64,000 nucleotides of DNA from an uncultured Patescibacteria group bacterium (GCA_905478415.1 CAJQIG010000004.1:139523-203522), one strand, 5' to 3'. Counted from the first letter of the stretch, positions 51,812 through 59,879 are shown. The notes: a model not told the origin generated them from the sequence alone. Numbers and translations: made by a program.

Positions 51812-52289
51812 GCTGAGTTCTCTCGAGCATGTACCTAACTGGTACAAACGAGCCACTGGAAGTTTTAACTTCACAGGTAAAATCAAGCTTTTTTCTATCC
51901 GAAGTTTGAAACTCTCCACCATAGGCCCTGTAACGCGCACTATTATAATGCATACCATTTGAGATTCTCATTTTATACAAGTTAAACACTTCTCTGAGTC
52001 CCGAAATATGAATCGTCTCATGGGTCATAGTGATCTCACTGCCTTCCTGAGTTGAAGATCGACGAATATTCATCACACACGAAAGACCTCCACCTGAGCG
52101 CATAATCTGAACTTTGAGTTCTCTTCTGTCATTACTTTCACGAACATTAGTTAAATCATAACTATGAGAGACATACTCACCATCGCGTCGGTACTCTACT
52201 CGCATCACACATTTAGAGATAGCAGAACTTTCGTAGCTATTCCAAACATATCCAGCTAGGGCGAGGGCGCACATTGAGTGAGGTTGCAT
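51795..52289 (-). CDS. Hypothetical protein
   Basis: 164-aa ORF with GGTATAAT upstream. Confidence 0.45.
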   Translation of the reverse strand: MQPHSMCALALAGYVWNSYESSAISKCVMRVEYRRDGEYVSHSYDLTNVRESNDRRELKVQIMRSGGGLSCVMNIRRSSTQEGSEITMTHETIHISGLREVFNLYKMRISNGMHYNSARYRAYGGEFQTSDRKKLDFTCEVKTSSGSFVPVRYMLERTQLIHAG

Positions 52290-52347
52290 AAGTACCTGAG
52301 ATTATACCATTAGCAAAAAATATAAAATACGTTACACTCTTACAAAG

Positions 52348-54354
52348 ATGTTTGCCTTCTTATCAAAAAAGCACAACTTTGGTTTTGTATTTTTTCTACT
52401 GTTGTGGAGTTTTTCAAGCCACGGCACTCTAGCTGCTTCTGAAATTCCTCACCGAACTATTATTAGCAACCAAGTAAGAGGAACAGAGTGTTGTAGCCCG
52501 GGCAGTAAAGAATATTTTGAACAACAACAAGCCACCCTTTCTAAGTTCTCGTTAGGTGCAACTTTTACCCTGCGCTATGACGCCCTGATAGACCAATCTT
52601 TTATAGAACAAGCCCACCGCTATCCAGAGTTTGAGTATGGTGGCTTACTAGAGGTAACCCCCTCTCTTGCCCAAGCAGCAGAAGTCCCATACCTAGGCAG
52701 TGAAGAACAGTGGTATGAGGCTCAGTATGTGTTCTTAGTTGGCTATTCAAAACCAGAAAGAAAACAATTAATTGATACCTACATGGAACAATTCTTAGAA
52801 GTTTTTGGGACCTATCCCAGGACAACCACTGCTTGGATGATCGATCCCATCTCGTTGGCGTACTTAAAGGAAAAGTACGGTGCTCAAGTGCATCAAATTA
52901 CCCGGGAACAGTTTGGAACAGATTCGTATACATTGTATGGGGGTCCTCCCCACTATCCCTATTGGCCAAGCACTAACTGGGCATTAGTCCCTGCCGCAGA
53001 TGACCTTCGAAAAACACCCTTGATTATCCGACAAACCATCACTGACCCTGTCTTTAACTATGGAGACCAAACCAATTCGTATACTTCACAGCCAAATGAC
53101 TACCTATTGAGAAATGATACTACAACATACTTTACGCACCTTTTTGAACAAGCCCATACCCAAGAGGCACTCAACGGGTACACCTTTGCCCTCATCGGAC
53201 TAGAAAACTCGCTCCCAGAAAATGTACAACAAGAATATATTCGGCAACTCAACTATGTCAAAGAGTGGAAAGACAAGAGCCCACAAAATACTGTCAACTC
53301 AACAGCTACTTTTACCGATTGGCTCACAGATCAAAACTTTGCACCTCTCACAGTCTACTCAGGCAGTGGCATCAAAGATGCTACTGAGAAAGCTTGGTGG
53401 ATCACAACCCAACAATACCGAGCGCGTGTCCGTTTGTCTAACCGAACCCTAGTCATCTCAGACCTGCGAATTTTCGACTCAAACTTTACTGACCCCTACC
53501 TCTCTCAAAGAGCTCATAGCCTCGGTTGGTGGATTGTACCCTTTGCTCTTGATGGGTCTCGTAACACCACTACTCAAGAAGGACTGGCTGCTCGCAATGA
53601 TATTTTAAAAGATCGACCCACCTCTTTTTTTGAACCAAACTTCTGGATTGTAGCCACTAACATTCAAGACATAGAAACAAGCTTTCAAAATGGCACCTAT
53701 ACTTTCCTTGAAAAAGGAACACCCTTGCTCAGCTTTTCTGAAAGAAATGTGAGGGTAACAAGCACTCAGACACTTCCCAACCAAAGTCAGCCTTTATCAA
53801 AATTGAAATGGGAAAAAAATGCTTGGGGGTTTGAACAGAACGATGTTCAATTCGCACCATTTTCAGAATCACTCTTTTTGGGAAGAGCAAGAAAAAAACA
53901 CGCTGATCTTTTATTCCCAGAGGTGCAGGTTGCCCCACCAGCTGAGCAAACGACTGGACTCTACATCAACAATCAGTATGCTATTGCAGATAGAAACCCG
54001 TCTAGGCTCGTACTCTTTCCTAGAGATGAGGATCAGAAATCAGTACTACTATCTAGTCCACCACAAGTCACAACCAGCAGTCAAGATATTGCTGTGACTG
54101 TAGCTAGAGCCCATGGCAGTAACGGCATGATATTTATTGATTTAGAGAGTGATCAACCTCAAACAGGCACCGTAACCATACAAGTAGCTGACTTCGAAAA
54201 AGTAGCCCAAGTATATTTCGCTCCCCACTGTTCTAGTATTCCACAGTACTGCCTCACGCACCCAAAAGAATCATACTGGTTTTTACGATCGTACATTGAT
54301 GACAAGTTGCGATTGGTGAATGAAAAGAAACAACGTGCAGAACAAACTTTGTAA
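52348..54354 (+). CDS. Secreted protein, possible glycoside hydrolase/deacetylase-like fold
   Basis: Signal peptide; TFTLRYDAL, FLEVFGTYP, REQ.GTDSYTLYGGPPHYPYWPS. Confidence 0.6.
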   Translation: MFAFLSKKHNFGFVFFLLLWSFSSHGTLAASEIPHRTIISNQVRGTECCSPGSKEYFEQQQATLSKFSLGATFTLRYDALIDQSFIEQAHRYPEFEYGGLLEVTPSLAQAAEVPYLGSEEQWYEAQYVFLVGYSKPERKQLIDTYMEQFLEVFGTYPRTTTAWMIDPISLAYLKEKYGAQVHQITREQFGTDSYTLYGGPPHYPYWPSTNWALVPAADDLRKTPLIIRQTITDPVFNYGDQTNSYTSQPNDYLLRNDTTTYFTHLFEQAHTQEALNGYTFALIGLENSLPENVQQEYIRQLNYVKEWKDKSPQNTVNSTATFTDWLTDQNFAPLTVYSGSGIKDATEKAWWITTQQYRARVRLSNRTLVISDLRIFDSNFTDPYLSQRAHSLGWWIVPFALDGSRNTTTQEGLAARNDILKDRPTSFFEPNFWIVATNIQDIETSFQNGTYTFLEKGTPLLSFSERNVRVTSTQTLPNQSQPLSKLKWEKNAWGFEQNDVQFAPFSESLFLGRARKKHADLLFPEVQVAPPAEQTTGLYINNQYAIADRNPSRLVLFPRDEDQKSVLLSSPPQVTTSSQDIAVTVARAHGSNGMIFIDLESDQPQTGTVTIQVADFEKVAQVYFAPHCSSIPQYCLTHPKESYWFLRSYIDDKLRLVNEKKQRAEQTL

Positions 54355-54463
54355 AATTGGAACTTTAGTTAGGTAGGAAGTTCATAACTCTTTACTCAGC
54401 TTAGTTTTTGCTAAAAACTAAACACTTGCTTTACTTTCATATTTATGCTAGTATAAATATACT

Positions 54464-54691
54464 ATGATAGAAATGAATGAATTTAAAAATACTGTTGGTG
54501 TAAATATTAAAAGTGTAAGAAAAATGCTCAATATTTCTCAAGAGGATCTTGCAAATAAAGCATGTGTTAAATATTCAAACTTAGTTAAAATTGAAAATTC
54601 AATAATAATAAAACCATCTGTTTATACAGTTTACCGTATCGCAAAAGCATTAGATACATCTGTAGAACATCTTATTGAGAAAAGAGATTAA
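54464..54691 (+). CDS. XRE-family HTH regulator
   Basis: SQEDLANKA...KIEN....PSVYTVYRIAKAL. Confidence 0.88.
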   Translation: MIEMNEFKNTVGVNIKSVRKMLNISQEDLANKACVKYSNLVKIENSIIIKPSVYTVYRIAKALDTSVEHLIEKRD

Positions 54692-54694
54692 AAT

Positions 54695-55039
54695 ATGAAT
54701 TATAAGAATAAAATACTAATGAAAATATACTCTGTTTTTCCTTTTGATCTATTTCCAGATACAATTTCCTTACAAAAAGATAAAATTGATATTACGCACA
54801 GACCTTTCTTTTTTACGAAAGAAGTATTCACTGTCTTTATCAATGATATTAGAACAATTAGAATTACTAGTGGTCCATTCTTTGCAACACTATCTTTTGA
54901 ACTAAAAGGTATGATGGAAAAACAAAATCCAGAACCAATTAGTTTTTTGAGAAAAAAAAGTGCACAAAAAATAAGAAAAATGGCTCTTAATCTTTGCGTA
55001 AGTCAATCTAAGAAAAAAAAGAAAAATTCCAAAAATTAG
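54695..55039 (+). CDS. Hypothetical protein (PH-like fold possible)
   Basis: FPFDLFPDTI...GPFFATL. Confidence 0.55.
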   Translation: MNYKNKILMKIYSVFPFDLFPDTISLQKDKIDITHRPFFFTKEVFTVFINDIRTIRITSGPFFATLSFELKGMMEKQNPEPISFLRKKSAQKIRKMALNLCVSQSKKKKKNSKN

Positions 55040-55088
55040 TAGAAATATTCTGAGTTATAAACTTAGTTATTATCTATATTTATATTAT

Positions 55089-55632
55089 GCGGAGAGCATG
55101 GGGTGAAATTGGAAATTTAGTTAGTATTAAACTAATAACTGAATAAAAACCATTACAATTTTCCATAAGAAATATAATCCTGTTGATAGTCCCAGGAATC
55201 TTCTCCAATTATTAACACCATAAAAAAGCTCTAGATACGACCAGTAAAGCATGGCTATAGCAACACCCCAGAAACTCACTGATATTAAAAAATCATTTTT
55301 TATAAATCCTAAGAGATAGAAAAAAATCGCTAGCCAGAGAGGTTGATTGGGAAATTGGCCAATGACTATTTTCCCCTGAGGTGTTTTGAAGGGGTTGTTC
55401 ATAAAAAATATTCTTTTTAAATTGTATAGATTTAGAATTAGTATATCACTTGTAAATAAGCATGAAATTTTTAAAAATAGATGCATTAATTGATGGAATA
55501 CAAAATCATCAAATTAAACTCGTTTCAGAACACTCATATGACTTGAGAGTTGTTTCAAATGATGATCACAAAACTTACATTGCATTTTGTAAAAAACATT
55601 TGAAGATAACTTATTTATCTCAAAATTAATTT
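55089..55632. mobile_element. Cassette D2 of the tRNA-Ser(TGA) array
   Basis: Half-site gcggagagcatggggtgaaattggaaattt at 55089, a near copy of the 15801 site. Confidence 0.7.
55127..55402 (-). CDS. Small membrane protein (start MNNPF)
   Basis: VIGQFPNQPL...WSYLELFYGVNNWRRFLG. Confidence 0.7.
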   Translation of the reverse strand: MNNPFKTPQGKIVIGQFPNQPLWLAIFFYLLGFIKNDFLISVSFWGVAIAMLYWSYLELFYGVNNWRRFLGLSTGLYFLWKIVMVFIQLLV

Positions 55633-55807
55633 GCGGAGAGCGAGGGATTCACGACTCGCTACTATTTATATCTACTTATGGAAGCTCGCATGCACTAAGC
55701 AGGTGTTTCGCAGGTGCTCAACACTTGCTGGCGCGAACAATCTTCTGCATACCAAACCACACCCCGATATACAAAAAAATGAGCTATTAGCTCATTTTCT
55801 TGTATAT
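55633..55807. mobile_element. Non-coding structured mini-cassette D1 (175 bp)
   Basis: 19-bp direct repeat tgcggagagcgagggattc at 55632 and 55807; homologous to 15632..15800. Confidence 0.8.
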
Positions 55808-55808
55808 G

Positions 55809-55891
55809 CGGAGAGCGAGGGATTCGAACCCACGGGCCCCGAAAGGCGCGGTTTTCAAGACCGATGCAATTGACCACTCTGCCAGCTCTCC
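55809..55891 (-). tRNA. tRNA-Ser(TGA); CCA not encoded
   Basis: CGGT-CTTGAAA-ACCG anticodon arm; variable arm; T-arm; G73. Confidence 0.92.
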
Positions 55892-56003
55892 ATGTTGTAT
55901 GTTACTGGTTTGTTTTTTATTCTGGTACAAACACTAACCAGGTAGCCATTATATACTGACTTGCCTACTTTTTCGAGCAGAAAATATGGTGTACACTAGA
56001 TAC

Positions 56004-56732
56004 ATGAATCAAGATGTGACTACTCCGGTAACGCCACCAGCTCCTGAACAAACTGTGTTTCAACAACCAACCAGTGGTTTTAGCCCTCTCGATCAGACAC
56101 CACCTCCAACAGCTTCTTCCCCACAACAACCAATTCCTGAAGCAAAGACAGAACCAACACAAGCCCAACCATCTCAAGCTGAACTCGAGGCTGCCTATGC
56201 ACAGCTACAGCAAGCCGGAGGATTTTTTCCAGAAGCCATGCGCCCTGTAGCTGAAGAATTAATTTATTCTTGGCAAGCTCCCAGTCGTCCCTTTAAAAAA
56301 CATAATCGCAATTACTACTCGACTGTAGGAGTCATTGTCTTACTTGTCTCACTAATCTTAATTTTTGCAGGTCAGGTCTTACCAATTGCAGTGGTACTGG
56401 CAGTTACCTTTTTGGCATACGTATTGACCTCTATTCCTCCACAAGCTGTCACCTACCAAGTTACAACATATGGCATTCGAATCGAAGATAAACTCTTCTA
56501 CTGGCAACTCATGTCTCGATTTTGGTACACAAAAAAATATGGAGATACACTCCTGAACATTGAAATTTCAGAGTTCCCAGAACGACTCACTCTCGTCCTC
56601 AGAGATGCTAACAAAGATCTTCTCACAGATATTCTCTCTGAATTACTACTCCAGCAACAACCTCCATTCACTCTCTATGAACGAGTTGCCAAGTGGATGC
56701 AAGATAAATTTCCCTTAGACCTCGACTCGTAA
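56004..56732 (+). CDS. Membrane protein with Pro/Gln-rich N-terminus
   Basis: SWQAPSRPFK; 2 TM segments; YQVTTYGI. Confidence 0.7.
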   Translation: MNQDVTTPVTPPAPEQTVFQQPTSGFSPLDQTPPPTASSPQQPIPEAKTEPTQAQPSQAELEAAYAQLQQAGGFFPEAMRPVAEELIYSWQAPSRPFKKHNRNYYSTVGVIVLLVSLILIFAGQVLPIAVVLAVTFLAYVLTSIPPQAVTYQVTTYGIRIEDKLFYWQLMSRFWYTKKYGDTLLNIEISEFPERLTLVLRDANKDLLTDILSELLLQQQPPFTLYERVAKWMQDKFPLDLDS

Positions 56733-56788
56733 TGGTTTTTCTAGAGATACTAAAAAAGCAAAGTCTTTGATATAATGCTCGAGTACAC

Positions 56789-56865
56789 GCGCTCATAGCT
56801 CAGTTGGATAGAGCATCAGTTTGCGGAATTGAAGGTCGCAGGTTCGAGCCCTGCTGAGCGCACCA
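56789..56865 (+). tRNA. tRNA-Arg with anticodon GCG; CCA encoded
   Basis: GCGCTCA...TCAGT-TTGCGGA-ATTGA...GGTTCGAGCC...TGAGCGC-A-CCA. Confidence 0.92.
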
Positions 56866-56924
56866 TTTTTCCCACTCGTTCTAAGTTTCAAAAATAACTA
56901 GAATTCATGTTTTTTGAAAAAGGT

Positions 56925-57010
56925 GGAGGGATGTCGGAGTGGTTTAACGGCCAGCTCTCGAAAAGCTTGGGGGACCATGTCCCACGGGGGTTCGAATCCC
57001 CCTCCCTCCG
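56925..57010 (+). tRNA. tRNA-Ser(CGA); CCA not encoded
   Basis: AGCT-CTCGAAA-AGCT anticodon arm; long variable arm; GGTTCGAATCC; G73. Confidence 0.9.
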
Positions 57011-57011
57011 C

Positions 57012-57665
57012 ACATCAAGAGACATAAATTCACTTTGGAACTATGTTGTATACTTAGCTTATGAAATTTATATCAACAGACAAACCTTTTCCTGTATTTT
57101 CCTTAGAAGCAGATCGTGACTACATTCTTTCTAGATTAATTAATTTCTCAGGTAGTGGATTTTCTTCTAGAGCTGGATATTTTGGACAGCAAGCAATAGA
57201 AAAATACTTCAAAGCTCTTATGGTCAGTCAAGATAAAAATTACATAAAAGAACATGACTTAATTGTTTTATCAAAATATTGTTCTAAGTATGATTCAAAA
57301 TTTGGAAAAGAAGAGTTTCTAGAAAAAATTAAAATCTTTGATGATTTTAGAGAAGTTGGCAGATATGGTGGCGAATCATCATACGATCCTCATTCAAAAG
57401 ATGAAAAGTATTTTAAAACAGCTGGTGTTTATAGTTGGACAGGAACAAATATAAAAATACTCGATGAATTAGTAAGTGCCATAAGAATAAAATTAAATTT
57501 TGAAACAATAGGTTTTAGTGATTCATTAAATGAAATTGCTAAGGATAGTAAAAAAGATTTCCTCGCAAATGAATGGAAACTACCTATTAATCTAAAAGAT
57601 ATACTGACAACAGATAATAGTTTTTTTAGTTAACTAAAGTTCCAATTTCATCCCACGCTCCCCGC
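57012..57665. mobile_element. Cassette E1 (HEPN) of the tRNA-Ser(CGA) array
   Basis: Ends in aaagttccaatttcatcccacgctccccgc, the exact reverse complement of the autonomous element's half-site. Confidence 0.8.
57061..57633 (+). CDS. HEPN domain protein
   Basis: AGYFGQQAIEKYFKAL...KEHDLIVL...GRY. Confidence 0.82.
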   Translation: MKFISTDKPFPVFSLEADRDYILSRLINFSGSGFSSRAGYFGQQAIEKYFKALMVSQDKNYIKEHDLIVLSKYCSKYDSKFGKEEFLEKIKIFDDFREVGRYGGESSYDPHSKDEKYFKTAGVYSWTGTNIKILDELVSAIRIKLNFETIGFSDSLNEIAKDSKKDFLANEWKLPINLKDILTTDNSFFS

Positions 57666-57795
57666 ATATGTTTTCAAGCTCACTGTAAGTGGGGTTGTAA
57701 ACATATATGAAGTGGGGATGTCCAGTGCCCGATCAAGCAAACTCATTCAGAATTAGTAATTTGAGCCTGACTAGGGTAAATCCCCCTCCCTCCGC
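57666..57795. mobile_element. Non-coding 130-bp cassette E2
   Basis: Ends in aatccccctccctccgc, a 17-bp exact copy of the tRNA-Ser(CGA) 3' end (56995..57011). Confidence 0.65.
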
Positions 57796-57836
57796 GTATA
57801 CAAATAGTAGCGAATCGCGAATACCTTCACCTCCGC
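57796..57836. mobile_element. 41-bp minimal cassette E3 (ends of the mini-cassette only)
   Basis: gtatacaa + atagtagcgaatcgcgaataccttcacctccgc resembles both termini of D1 (reverse complement). Confidence 0.6.
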
Positions 57837-58986
57837 CAATCGAGATACTTTCTTTGCTAGAATTCTCAGGGATAATCACAAGAAAAGCTTCTAGCTATCT
57901 ACACGCCAATAGTTAAGTGCATCATTAAATGTACTTGGGAATTGATTTTTTACCTTCTCGACCAGTATTTGATTGCCTCGTTCTTGTTTCATAACAGAAT
58001 TTTTTATTATTTCCCAATAATCATTCTGATCTTCCGAAGGATAATTATCCTTTAATTTGAGTAAAAAATCTTTAATAAAAGGTTTCAATCCACCTCCTAA
58101 ATCCAAATGGAAGAAAGATGCTATTTGAAATGTATATCCATTTCCTTGAAACTCTGATTCATTTGACTTATGAAGCCTTAAGAAGGCTCGTTGTTTTTGT
58201 ACTAACTTTAAAATCGTTTCATTTTTTTTACTAATTGGGAGAACAAATGGCACTATACCAAAAAGTTCTAGACTCTCAGGACTAACTGGTTCAACTTTAT
58301 TAGAAATAGTCTTAGCTAGGAGTAAGTTTATAAGCAAATTAATCGTTTTAACTGCAACTTTCTTATCAAAATTCGCTAATTCATTTGCTTCTATTTTACT
58401 AAGATTATTGGATGTTCGTAGAAAATTTTCCTCTTCTACTGATAGGAGTCCGTCTCGAAGATTACCGTTCTTTATTTTTTTAAAAATTCTAGAAAACATA
58501 CTTTCTGGATTATATGTCAAAATGTTTTGAAATTGCTTATAAAGTTGATCTTCATCATAGAAAACTACTAAATCAATATCAGTATATTCAGCTGAGTCTT
58601 TAGTGAGTATCTTATTTTTAGTTAATGATCCATAAACAGAAAAAGCTATCTCTATTGATTGATCAACACTAAAACGAAGTTGATCCTTAATTTTATTTCT
58701 GCTTGTGACTAATTGTGAAATCCGATTTCTTGATATTTCATCTGAAGAGACCCTCCAACGTCTATCAGAATTTGGTTCGTAGTTTATTTTAATTGTCATA
58801 AGTAAGTATTGCAGATTATATGATATTAAGCTAATCTTTTAAAGATGGTGGCTCTACTGTTAACGCAGATTTGAATAAGATATAAATTTCAAACAAGATA
58901 AGCAATAATCTAATTCTGAATGCGATCAGTATTATTGAGGTTTAGAATAAATAAACAAGGTTCTAACTTGGTACACACACCTCCGC
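57837..58986. mobile_element. Cassette E4 (nucleotidyltransferase)
   Basis: Ends in ggttctaacttggtacacacacctccgc, related to the B2 half-site. Confidence 0.7.
57891..58799 (-). CDS. Pol-beta-type nucleotidyltransferase-like protein
   Basis: FSVYGSLTK...TDIDLVVF. Confidence 0.6.
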   Translation of the reverse strand: MTIKINYEPNSDRRWRVSSDEISRNRISQLVTSRNKIKDQLRFSVDQSIEIAFSVYGSLTKNKILTKDSAEYTDIDLVVFYDEDQLYKQFQNILTYNPESMFSRIFKKIKNGNLRDGLLSVEEENFLRTSNNLSKIEANELANFDKKVAVKTINLLINLLLAKTISNKVEPVSPESLELFGIVPFVLPISKKNETILKLVQKQRAFLRLHKSNESEFQGNGYTFQIASFFHLDLGGGLKPFIKDFLLKLKDNYPSEDQNDYWEIIKNSVMKQERGNQILVEKVKNQFPSTFNDALNYWRVDS

Positions 58987-59062
58987 AAATCAAAAATCCT
59001 ATATAAGGTATTCTCACTATCCCATTTCATCTATTTGTATAATCTTGATAGAATAGAATAAT

Positions 59063-59485
59063 ATGAACATGTTCAAACCTACCATGACGAACTCAGTTTC
59101 ATCTTACATTGATGCATTGCCAGCAGATAGAAAAAAAATCATTATTTTTCTTCATGATTTTATTCAAAAAAATGCTCCAACTCTCAAACCTCATTTTGCT
59201 TCAAATATGATTGGGTATGGTTCTTTTCCCTATACAAACTACAAAAAAGAAAAAGGTGAGTGGCCAGTCATTGCATTAGCCAACCAAAAAAACTATGTTA
59301 GTGTGTATATTTGTGGGGTCATAGATAATGAGTATTTAGCAGAAAAATATAAAGATGAATTGGGGAAAGTAAATGTTGGTAAAAGTTGTATTAGATTTAA
59401 GAAAGTAGATCAAGTACATCTGCCAACACTCAAAAAAGTTATTTCACTTGCTGCAAAAAATCCAGGTTTGGTGAGTGTTCACTAA
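59063..59485 (+). CDS. DUF1801 family protein
   Basis: MIGYG...W..IALANQKNYVSVY...GKSCIRFKK. Confidence 0.88.
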   Translation: MNMFKPTMTNSVSSYIDALPADRKKIIIFLHDFIQKNAPTLKPHFASNMIGYGSFPYTNYKKEKGEWPVIALANQKNYVSVYICGVIDNEYLAEKYKDELGKVNVGKSCIRFKKVDQVHLPTLKKVISLAAKNPGLVSVH

Positions 59486-59511
59486 TAAGTATATAGTTAC
59501 TAAGGAAATAC

Positions 59512-59811
59512 ATGTATAAAGACATAATCACCTACAAACTAGCCGAAGGCATTGCTGAGGAGCACTTACTTGCAATTGCACAACGAATCATTGAAGAGTG
59601 GATGAGCAAACAACCAGGATTTCAGAAATGGGAAATTCATAAAAATTCAGATGGTACTTACACCGACATCGTTCATTGGAATTCAGAAGAAAGTGCTAAA
59701 AAAGCAGAAGCAGAAATGGTGAATATACCAAATGCAGCTGATTGGTATGCATGTTATGCAGAAGGCACAATTTCGAGCAAAAAACTTCATAAAGTTGCTG
59801 AATATAAATAA
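59512..59811 (+). CDS. ABM-like dimeric alpha/beta barrel protein
   Basis: KQPGF..WE...YTDIVHWNSEESA. Confidence 0.7.
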   Translation: MYKDIITYKLAEGIAEEHLLAIAQRIIEEWMSKQPGFQKWEIHKNSDGTYTDIVHWNSEESAKKAEAEMVNIPNAADWYACYAEGTISSKKLHKVAEYK

Positions 59812-59879
59812 CAACTTTGTATTATTGATGGGGCTTACTGGTTCCAGACCCACGCTCTTCGCACCCCTGATGAATGTTT

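Larger units (their letters stand above)
54354..55088. mobile_element. Cassette D3 of the tRNA-Ser(TGA) array
   Basis: AT-rich; left end aaattggaactttagtta is identical to the outer part of the E1 half-site. Confidence 0.55.
58987..59862. mobile_element. Cassette E5
   Basis: Ends in ggttccagacccacgctcttcgc, a degenerate version of gttccaatttcatcccacgctccccgc. Confidence 0.55.

Noticed and set aside
55631-55873. ORFs 55631..55873 and 15603..15818 sharing DSRLATIYI as a conserved peptide
   Set aside because: Both cross cassette junctions, lack a shared start and lose similarity after length-variable stems. Nucleotide and structure conservation explains the match better.
56907-57119. 70-aa ORF
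   Set aside because: It overlaps tRNA-Ser(CGA) and is a shadow ORF.
57010-59862. Repeated tRNA-end-like sequences as a CRISPR array
   Set aside because: The repeats are divergent and spaced from 41 bp to over 1 kb, with genes between them; no cas genes are present.
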